A stretch of 63,994 nucleotides of DNA, filler included, from Bonamia ostreae (lineage: Eukaryota), in the NCBI GenBank assembly GCA_040357525.1. It is 14 parts of 14 records of this genome, joined end to end, with 100 filler letters (N's around TTAATTAATTAA, not from the genome) between each part and the next. Parts side by side here need not be neighbours in the genome. Positions count along the whole stretch, not along the records: positions 55,202 to 59,662 come from JBDODL010000307.1; positions 59,763 to 63,994 come from JBDODL010000342.1; 12 more parts are not named here. One strand, given 5' to 3'. The notes beneath the pieces were generated by a model. That model saw only the letters and a list, made by a program, of their open reading frames with translations, did not search any database and was not told where the DNA came from. Within the stretch, counting starts at the first letter, position 1. Every line of letters starts with the position of its first letter. The position numbers and the translations under genes were made by a program. Below are positions 55,202 to 63,994 of this stretch, piece by piece.

Positions 55202-55981
55202 TAAGTTTGAGATTCCCGCTTTTATCTATCATAATATTTTCCGGTTTTAGATCAGCGTATATAATGTCATTTTCATGCAAAATATGAATGATTCGCACTA
55301 ATTTCTTAACTAAGACGCCTTTTATTTTTGAATTAAATACAAAACAATTTATCGTATTAAAACATTTTTAAGGTTCCATTTTTAATATCATTTTTAAAAT
55401 CATTATAAAACTGGCCATTTCTAAACTTAACATTTTTTTTCTGTGTTTCATATACTTAAAAAAGTTAGACACGAACAATTCTAGAACAATTATATTATGT
55501 GTCATTGTTGAAAACAGATGCTCACACCTTACAAAATCTCCTTCAATATCTCTCAAAATCGTTAATATTATAATCTCGTTATTTTGATATTTTTCTCCTT
55601 CTCTTTTATCATATATTTTTACTGCAAAACGCTCTTTAGTGCCAGTATCTATAACTTTGTATAAACGTATCAATATTTGTTTAATTTTATAAATAAAAAT
55701 ATAAATATTTTTCCAAAACTATTAGTTTTGTACATTTAAAAGTAACCTTCATAAACACTAATTTTTTCATTACAACAAATTTCCCTTGAAATCCTAAAAT
55801 CCTTAATAGATTTACAACAACGTTCATTTCCTTTCGCTGCAAATGAACATTTACAGGCTTCAAATTCTTCTTTTTCTGAATCTAGCACTTTTTCCCAAGT
55901 TGGAAGCATTTTGGGTATTGGTTCATTTTCTTCTTCCAAAGTTGTAGGGATTCTACCTTTCTTATGTAAAATATTTCCCAT
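55202..55981 (-). CDS. Divergent protein kinase, 3' truncated
   Basis: MGN start, RFAVKIYDK, NEIIIL and catalytic loop IIYADLKPENIMID. Confidence 0.85.
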
Positions 55982-56377
55982 ATTATATTTATTTAAGGTT
56001 TATATATCTTTAGAGTACTTTATATAGAAAGGTTCAAAATTTGTTTTCAAATTATATTATAATTTGGAGAATTTAATTATTTTAATTATTCCACTTCAAT
56101 ATTTACCATATGACCATTTTTATTGTTTTTCGCTGTTTTAACATTTTTTCAAGTCAGTGGGATTTTATCCATTTTCAAAAACAACAACTTTTTACAGTTT
56201 CTACATTTCCAAAAACAATATTTGATCCATTTAGAAAGGAATTCAAGACCATAAGAAAAATTTGAAAAAGAAGAACCAATAAATTTGCTACAGAAAAATT
56301 AAATTTAAAGGCCATTTCATTAAATTTTTAAAGTTAAAGGCCATTTGATCAAAGAACAAATTGATGTCTTTACTCAT

Positions 56378-57001
56378 TTACTTTTTTTTCTTCGCTTCTT
56401 TTTCTTGCTGTCTCTTTTTTCGCCGCCCTTTACTCTTATTTTCTTTTAAAGCTTTTCGCAACTGAGTGTACACAGAACCGTTTTCTCTCAATTTCTCCAC
56501 TTCCGAACTCGTTTTATAAGACAACTGCACTTTTTCGACCACGAAAGGAACGACCATTTTGTCTAAAATTTGAGTGGTTTCTCTAATTTCTTTGTTATAT
56601 TTGGATCGATCTTTTTTCCCGATCGGCCTTACAATGAGCTTTTCTTTGTATTGCAGGAGGCGATCGACGTTTCTTTTCATTTCGTTTTCGTCTTTGTTCC
56701 TGCGGCGATGGTCTACGGAAATCCCGACTGTTTGGGCGTAGCGCGGATTTAATTTGGCAGCTTTAAGCTCGTCAAGAGTGAATCCTCGGCCAAGACGCAA
56801 TTTGGAGTTATAGCGGATAGTGGGGCACCTGACGATGGGACGCAAAGAATGGAGTGGTCTGGGACCCATTTTCTTTGCTTTTGCAATTCTAAGAAGACGA
56901 CGCTTCTTTTTTTTGGCGGGTTGGTCAAACCACGTCCGCACGTAACGTTGCCAGTCTTTGCGGAAGTGCTGGTTTTGGATCATGTTGTTGTGTTTGACCA
57001 T
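56378..57001 (-). CDS. RPL13: 60S ribosomal protein L13 (eL13)
   Basis: MVKHNNMIQNQHFRKDWQRYVRTWFDQP...GRGFTLDELK...ISVDHRRRN. Confidence 0.98.
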   Translation of the reverse strand: MVKHNNMIQNQHFRKDWQRYVRTWFDQPAKKKKRRLLRIAKAKKMGPRPLHSLRPIVRCPTIRYNSKLRLGRGFTLDELKAAKLNPRYAQTVGISVDHRRRNKDENEMKRNVDRLLQYKEKLIVRPIGKKDRSKYNKEIRETTQILDKMVVPFVVEKVQLSYKTSSEVEKLRENGSVYTQLRKALKENKSKGRRKKRQQEKEAKKKK

Positions 57002-57291
57002 CAGGTTTAAATTAAAAAGCTAAAAATGGATGTTTATAAAAGCTATTTTTTGTTTAGTTTGTTTTGGTATAACGTTTTTGTAAATAAGTTTTTGATGTTA
57101 AATTGGTGTTTTTCCGTATAATTTTTTTTGAGTTTTTTAGATGAAACTTTAAGTCTTTGTTAACTCATTCAAAAAGGGAACTAAAAGACAATATAAAAAA
57201 TTGTGAAACAAGAACCACATCAAATTAAACTTTAAAATAATTTTTATGTCATTATAAAAAATTAAATTAAATCTTTCACGTTTTTAAATTC

Positions 57292-57372
57292 AAAGGCCAT
57301 TTGACCAAAGAACTAATTAATGTCTTTACTCGTTTACTTTTTTTCTCGTTGTCTTTTTTTTTTGTCTAAAAC
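57292..57372 (-). pseudogene. Duplicated RPL13 3' end (last codons, stop and 3' flank)
   Basis: aaaggccatttgaccaaagaactaattaatgtctttactcgtttacttttt matches 56336-56390 and encodes KKRQREKK-stop. Confidence 0.65.
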
Positions 57373-57564
57373 GATTTAGTTGACGTGATTGCCGTTTTTG
57401 AAACCTTTTTCTGCGCATTTAACACAGTCGCTCTCTCTTTTTCACAAATTTTTGTCGAATGGCCAAACATCATCACTTTTTTCGATATCAAACGAAAAAG
57501 AAATCAAAAATCTGAAAATTTTCTAGAAGAAATTTATCAATTCATAAAGGATATTTTAGAAAAA

Positions 57565-58149
57565 TCAAATTTTATTTACAGGACGCGCCATTTTTTCCAC
57601 TTTCTTTACACTTAATATCATTTCCTCTCGCATTATCTCCATTTCGGCTTCTTTCCAATTCGCCTTTGACATCGCCTTTTTGGTGTAAAAGTAGCCAAAT
57701 AACGGCACTAAAGTCAGCAAAACAAAAAATGAAGCTCTTTTGACTCGAATTTTATTCATTAACTTGACCAAATCGAGCGCTGCCATATTTAGCAAATCTA
57801 ACGGAGAAATGGCAGTTGCGTCTTCGATCAAAATCGATCCTTTCGGATTCCGATACAAAACAGATTTTGCAAACCGCCCTGAAGCTAATCGGACTTTGCG
57901 TTTTACGGGCGGAACAAATGGCACTCCTCTGTTGCAGTCAAAAGCTATTTTCGCGAGACCGTTTGGAATTTTTACGGTCGAGAGCATTTTAAGCCGTTGC
58001 GGGTTCTCCAAAAAGTCTTTTCTTGTGACATTGACTGGTTTGTCGATGTTTTTGATCAATTTTTGTATTTTTATATTTTCCGCTTTTGCGATTTTATTTG
58101 TGGCGTTTTTTGAGATCGTTCTCAAATTGTTCTTACAAAGCTTGAACAT
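57565..58149 (-). CDS. Hypothetical single-TM protein, possibly mitochondrion-targeted
   Basis: Basic, acid-poor N-terminus and one TM segment FFVLLTLVPLFGYFY. Confidence 0.65.
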   Translation of the reverse strand: MFKLCKNNLRTISKNATNKIAKAENIKIQKLIKNIDKPVNVTRKDFLENPQRLKMLSTVKIPNGLAKIAFDCNRGVPFVPPVKRKVRLASGRFAKSVLYRNPKGSILIEDATAISPLDLLNMAALDLVKLMNKIRVKRASFFVLLTLVPLFGYFYTKKAMSKANWKEAEMEIMREEMILSVKKVEKMARPVNKI

Positions 58150-58498
58150 TTTTACAACTTCCTATTAGTCTTAAAAAAATTTGTCTAAATATCTTAAAAA
58201 AATTTACAACTTCCGATTAGTCTTATCTAGAAATGGTTAAAATGCTAAAACTTAAATCTTCGAAATCGTAGCATCGAAATGCCCACAAAAAAATAAAACA
58301 TTTTTTTGTCAATAATGTCTAAAAATTTTTGTTGGAATTAATGTCTTGATTTCTCATTTCGTTAAGCAAAATTTGTATATCATTAATCAATTTTTATAGA
58401 AAGCGATTTATAAACATTAATTCCCATCAAATAAAGAATAAATAGCATTTCGTTAATCTTAATAGTCTAAAAATTACTTAATTCGAGCTTATAAATCG

Positions 58499-59662
58499 AT
58501 GCCGAAGATTATTCTAATAACTGGAGGCGTAGTTTCAAGTGTCGGCAAAGGCATTATTACCTCTTCTCTCGGATATCTTTTAAGAACTTTTGGAGTTAAC
58601 ATCACTTGGTCCATTTTTAAATTTCAAATTTCTGATTTGATTAAAATAAAAATCTCTCTCACAATTTGAGCCAAACACAAAAATTATTAAAGCTAAAAAT
58701 AATGGTTTCCATTATATTATAACGAGCACAATAAAAATGATTTTAAATCGTCAAATGACGTATTTTAGTAATAACATAATTTAAGTAATGGCGTAAATTA
58801 AATAATGGCCTAATCAAAATAATGGCAAAATAATGGCGTAATCAAAATAATGGCAAAATAATTGCGTAATTAAAATAATGGCCTAATCAAAATAATGGCA
58901 AAATAATGGCGTAATTTAAGTGAACCTCTTTAGACAAAAATCGAATTATTACAAAAACGATTATAATAAAGCATAAAAATCGATCCATATTTGAACATCG
59001 ACGCTGGCACAATGTCGCCATTTGAACATGGCGAAGTTTTTGTTTTACAAGACGGGGGCGAAGTCGACCTCGATCTTGGAAACTATGAGCGATTTTTGGA
59101 TTTAGTTTTGACCAAAGACAATAATATCACCACCGGGAAAATTTTCGACCTCATTTTGCAAAAAGAACGACAAGGTCATTTTCTCGGCAAAACCGTCCAA
59201 ATCGTTCCACATGTGACTGGAATGATCAAAGAATGGATTTTAAGGCATTTTTCCACTTAAGCCAAAATTGACAATTTAAATTCCAAAATTTGAAGAGTGG
59301 CAAGGATTCCGACGGACGGAACCGACAAAGTTCCGGACGTTTGTTTGATAGAATTGGGGGGAACTCCCGGCGACATCGAATCGATGACGTTTTACGAGTC
59401 CCTTAGGCAACTCCGATTTGAATTGGGGACAGATCAGTTTTTGCACATTCATGCGACTTTTGTTCCGGAGCTAAGTCTTTCGGGCGAACAGAAAAGCAAA
59501 CCCGCGCAACAACATTTAGTTGAATTGAGGAAAGCTGGTTTTGCAGAATTTGCAAAATTTTAATAAAAGGTCTCAACGCGGATGTAATAATCTGCAGATC
59601 AAAAATCAAATCATCGGAAAAAATTCTCAAGAAAATATCTCTGTACGGAATGGTGAAGTACG
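58499..59662 (+). CDS. CTPS: CTP synthase, 3' truncated
   Basis: [63 protein letters not shown]. Confidence 0.98.
58785..58915. repeat. Intronic repeat in CTPS intron 1
   Basis: Copies of aaaataatggc(g/c)taatc. Confidence 0.85.
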
Positions 59663-59898
59663 NNNNNNNNNNNNNNNNNNNNNNNNNNNNNNNNNNNNNN
59701 NNNNNNTTAATTAATTAANNNNNNNNNNNNNNNNNNNNNNNNNNNNNNNNNNNNNNNNNNNNAAGCTTTTAAAAACATATTATCTTTACTTAAAAATAAC
59801 AAAAAGAAACAAATTATATGCGGAATCCGTAACCAAAAACAAATTTTTCACAACTTTTGTAAAATTAGCGGTTTAAAACAATTTATTATTTTTGGTTA

Positions 59899-61524
59899 AT
59901 GATGGAGGAAGACAATTCATCCGCTGAAAGCAAATCCCTTAAAACAACCGACAGTTACGACAAATCTCTCCTTGACGCTGTGAGCACTATTAACGAAGAC
60001 CTGAAAAAGCTCATTTTCGGAGTTTCTTCAGAAGACAAAACAGAAAAACCAATTAAAAATAATCCATTTGGAGCACTAAATTATTCTGCCTCGCCTAAAA
60101 AACTTGTTAATAATTCGGAAAAGTTTGATAAATATGCCATTAAATATGATGAAAATGGTTTTGATAAAAGTGGCAAAAATGAAAATTTTGCTTTTGAAGA
60201 CAAACCGATTATGTTCAAACGACATTCTTTCAAAAAAATGAATAATCTTATTCTTGAAAATGATAATTACAATCAAAATTTGGACAATCATAATTTGTTC
60301 AAAAATGGTCAAAAATCGATCAATAAAAATTTTATCAAAAATGGTCAAAATTTGGACAATCAAAATTTTATCAAAAATGGTCAAAATTTGGAAAATCAAA
60401 ATTTGTTCAAAAATGGTCAAAAATCGATTAATAAAAATTTTATCAAAAATGGTCAAAATTTGGACAATCAAAATTTTATCAAAAATGGTCAAAATCAGAT
60501 CGACAAAAATTTGTTCAAAACGGAAAAAACAAAAAGTTTATTGCGTTCCCCGTTTGTTTCACCGCTGGCTCCAGCTTCATTGCGGACAGCTCCTTACAGC
60601 TCAATGTTTTGGGGAGCAGATTATAACGTAACGGAAAGTTTAAAAGAACAAAAAAGTTCGAAAGAAGAACTAAAAAATGGGTCTCTGAACGTTGGACCGT
60701 ACAAATCGATGTTTTGGGGCGAAAACTATAATGTGCCGGAAAAGAAAGATAGAACAGAGATTTTGAGGGAAAATGGATTGAAAGAGCGATTTGGAAACAT
60801 TGAAAAAGTTCCAGAGAAAGCCATTGGAAAATCCAAAGAGAAAGGGGAAATGGAATCGGTCGGAGATTCTGTTACCGGAAATTTTGTTAATGGCGCGATT
60901 TATGACAATTCCAAACTTCAAAGTTTTTTTTGTTTTTCAATTTTTCGTTATTTACAATTTTTTGTTTTACATTTTTTGGAATTTTTTACGATTTTTTGGA
61001 ATTTTTTACAATTTTGCAAATTTTGCATTTTTTTGTTAATTTTTACAATTTTTTAAAAATCAAAACATCGGAAACATAAAAAAGAATCGGGATTTTTAAT
61101 TGCTACTCATTTGGTTAAGACAGCTGCTGCTGACAGAGCAGGCCTTTGTGTTGGGGACATCATTGTCCAATTTGGAAATTTTCGTAAAAATACGTAAATA
61201 ATTTAAATTTATCGAAAATTAGTCGAAAAAAAAAGCAAAAAAATTAAAATTAAAAATTTAAGATTTCCAGGTTTAGAAAAAATTTCAACGTTTGTCCAAA
61301 GCAAGGCAAACTCGCAAATTTCTGTAGTTGTTTTTAGAGAGGAAATCGTTTTTTAATTAAAAAAAGGGGCAAGTAGATAAATTTAAATGTGCGCACTTAG
61401 TTTTAAGGCCGATGCCAAGCAAAGATATTGGCGGAAGTTTTATTTTAATGTTAAAAATATTGAAGGAGGAGTTTTGGGCGCTGTTATTAATATTTGGCCT
61501 TTGCCAAAGCCGTTTGGTGATTAA
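59899..61524 (+). CDS. Low-complexity protein with a C-terminal PSMD9/Nas2-type PDZ-like domain
   Basis: Spliced C-terminus AADRAGLCVGDIIVQFGNF...FPGLEKISTFVQ...ISVVVFR...LVLRP...GVLGAVI; in-frame KNGQN repeats at 60270-60520. Confidence 0.7.
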
Positions 61525-61559
61525 TTGGTGAGTAATAATTAAATGTAAGTTAATAACTG

Positions 61560-62010
61560 ATTTTTTTGTTGTTTTCGAATCCATTTTTTTGTTGTTTTTG
61601 GAAGACATTTTTTTTATTTTTTCGAAGACATTTTTTTTGTTGTTTTTGGAAGACATTTTTTTTATTTTTTCGAAGTCATTTTTTTTATTTTTTTTTTTTT
61701 TTTGTTGTTTTGGAAGACATTTTTTAATTTTTTTCGAATCCATTTTTTTTGTTGTTTTGGAAGACATTTTTTTATTTATTTCGAATCCATTTTTTTTGTT
61801 GTTTTTGGAAGACATTTTTTTATTTTTTTGAATTTTTTTTTTTTTTTTTTTGTTGTTTTGGAAGACATTTTTTAATTTTTTTCGAATCCATTTTTTTTGT
61901 TGTTTTGGAAGACATTTTTTTATTTATTTCGAATCCATTTTTTTTTGTTTTGTAGACATTTTTTTTATTTTTTCGAAGTCATTTTTTTATTTTTTTTTGT
62001 TGTTTTGGAA
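61560..62010. repeat. T-rich intergenic tandem repeat
   Basis: About 10 copies of gttgtttttggaagacatttttttattttttcgaa. Confidence 0.93.
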
Positions 62011-62098
62011 GCGACTAATTGCTTTAAATAAGCTTTAAAGCAAATTTAGCCCAAATTGTTTTATATGTAAAACCAGTAACATTGACAATCATTTTCAA

Positions 62099-63813
62099 AT
62101 GAAAAGAAAATTGAACGCGAAAATAATTCAATATAAAGTAAAAAATGACCAAATCAAACAAATTTTTTCAAAATGGCAAAACTTGTCAAAATTTAGCCAA
62201 ACTGTAAATAAAAACGATTTTTTTAAAGTTTTTCAAGTCTATCTTCCGTTTTGGATTTTCGATGTTGCGGTTTTTAAAATTCATCGAATTTAGGTTAAAG
62301 CTGATTATGTGGGCCAAATAGGTTATAGACACAAAACGATCGGTTTTAGCCGTTCTCAAAATGTCTATTTTGACAGATTTAAGTACAGATGGCGTGTCTA
62401 TAATGGAGAGCATTATTGTTTAATAAAATTTTATTTTGCGATATTTTTGTAAAATAATCATTTCGAATAAAGTATTGTTGTCATATAATTTTCGATGTAA
62501 AAGAAAAGTCCGAAAATTATAAATTTTATAAAAAGCAAAATATACAAACGAAAATAAGAAAATGCAAATTTACGCTTCGAATAAGATATTTGAGCCGTTT
62601 ACACAAATTTTAAAAGGATTTGATATTAAGAAAAACGAGTGCAAAAAATTAAGTGCTTCTTTTTTGAAAACAAACAAAGCTCATTTAGAACAAATAAATT
62701 TCAGACCAAGTACACTTTGGCCCGATATTCTCAAAAATGTTGAAGAAATAGAAAAAGATAAAGCAAAAATTAAGCTTTTGGATAAACTTAATGCTCGTTT
62801 TTTAAAGAATTTCAATAAATTTGATTATTTAATTTTTGTGTTTTTAATTTTTTTTACAAATTTTAATTGTTTTTTCGTTAATTGATTTTTTTCAAAATTT
62901 AATTGATTTTTTTACAAATTTTAATTGTTTTTTTTTCAAATTTTAATTGTTTTTAAAAAATTTGATTGAAAAGATGAAGTGAAAATAAGAGATATGCGAA
63001 TAGAAGTAATGGCAAGAAAAGCAAAACTGATATATGTTCCGGCTTATGTCATCAATTACGATTGCGGCCCGTTTAAAAATAACATTTTCTTGTTAAACGG
63101 TCTTGACAAAGATAAAATGATAGGAATAAAAACTTTTAATCCATTTAAAGTTTATAAAAACTTTCAAAATTGCTTTAGCAACTTTAATAAAATTGCTTTT
63201 TGGCTCCATTTGATAAACAAAAAACTTCAAAAAGATCGGATCGGCAGTTTTGGCAATCAACTCGATCATTTTTTACACTTTATCGGGCTTTCTAATTACT
63301 GACATAGTCGCTGTAAGCTTGCTGACAATAATTCCAGCCGTTTTTAGCGGATGGCTGTCGAGACTGTTTTCGTATCGCCAAACACAAAAACTTCGGAAAG
63401 ACAGAAAAGAGCGCAACGAAAATCTCAAGACAATCGAGAGTTCGAGAAAGAACATCGAATTCGATGACGAAGAGAGCTTCGGCTATTTTTCCAATCTCTT
63501 CAACGAAAAAATTTTTCTGCAAAATCGCCTTTTTGACAAATTCGTCGAACAGAAGAGAGCCAAAATTCGAATGGCGCTAGACAAAAAGGGATACTATGCT
63601 CTGCTCGGGCTCGACCCTTCAACGCGCAAAATTACTCAAGAAGAAGTCCATAGCGCTTTTAAGAAAAAAGCGCGGACTTTGCATCCCGATCGCTTCACTA
63701 AACTTACAGAAAAGGAAATAGTTGTACGAAACGAAGTGTTTAAAGAGATAATAAAGGCTTATCAGATTTTAAAAGATGAAAAGAAGCGATCGGAATATGA
63801 CAGATTACAATAA
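62099..63813 (+). CDS. Membrane protein with a C-terminal J (DnaJ) domain, several introns
   Basis: KGYYALLGLD...AFKKKARTLHPDRF...FKEIIKAYQILKDEKKRSEYD; upstream YLPFWIFD and YVPAYV blocks and two TM segments. Confidence 0.85.
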
Positions 63814-63845
63814 TTTTTTACGTGCACATTATTTATGTAAATTAA

Positions 63846-63994
63846 TCAGAGATTGTACTTGTCCAAGACGGCTTGTTTTTTTGCCGCCAGCAATTTTTTC
63901 TCGATGTCTTGTTGACTGGGCGTTGGTACGAACACTTTGAACTGGTCGCCTTTTCCAGAGGAAGCCAAAATTGGCTTTTTTGGGACTTCGGTGG
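63846..63994 (-). CDS. ISY1: Pre-mRNA splicing factor ISY1, C-terminal fragment
   Basis: FKVFVPTPSQQDIEKKLLAAKKQAVLDKY matches the ISY1 C-terminal pattern VPxPSQQEIE...KK..LL.KY. Confidence 0.75.
   Translation of the reverse strand, partial: TEVPKKPILASSGKGDQFKVFVPTPSQQDIEKKLLAAKKQAVLDKYNL

Noticed and set aside
61357-62038. K-rich and F-rich ORFs
   Set aside because: Translations of the T-rich tandem repeat.

Overview
This window is not one locus. It is 14 unrelated contigs of about 4.5 kb, joined by artificial 100-nt spacers (N44-TTAATTAATTAA-N44). The complete contigs fall in length from 4530 to 4461 bp, so adjacency across a spacer is meaningless. Contig 1 (1-4539) is gene-free and carries tRNA-derived SINE-like relics; it looks like animal DNA, probably host. 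Contigs 2-14 come from a very compact, AT-rich eukaryote that uses the standard code and has many tiny (19-35 nt) spliceosomal introns. My unverified inference is a parasitic protist such as an ascetosporean (Bonamia-like). Hand splicing recovers about 40 genes, including MER3/HFM1, SmE, UBA2, RPL34, RPL13, an ABCG transporter, G-alpha, an SPFH protein, RPP30, Ariadne, a subtilase, CTL, HMG-CoA synthase, TTI1, YIF1, ARPC1, SRP54, STK16, Sec61a, TFB5, ZNF598, NFS1, CTP synthase and ISY1. The most unusual signal is the intron system. 5' splice sites read GTTTT rather than GTAAG, several sites require GC donors, 3' ends are A-rich with no pyrimidine tract, many intron ends are self-complementary, and many long introns are minisatellite arrays. 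Candidate host-interaction genes include a secreted sushi/CCP-like repeat protein built from phase 1-1 exons, a defensin-like Cys-rich peptide and a bacterial-type subtilase. All gene identities come from my recognition of motifs; no database search was run.
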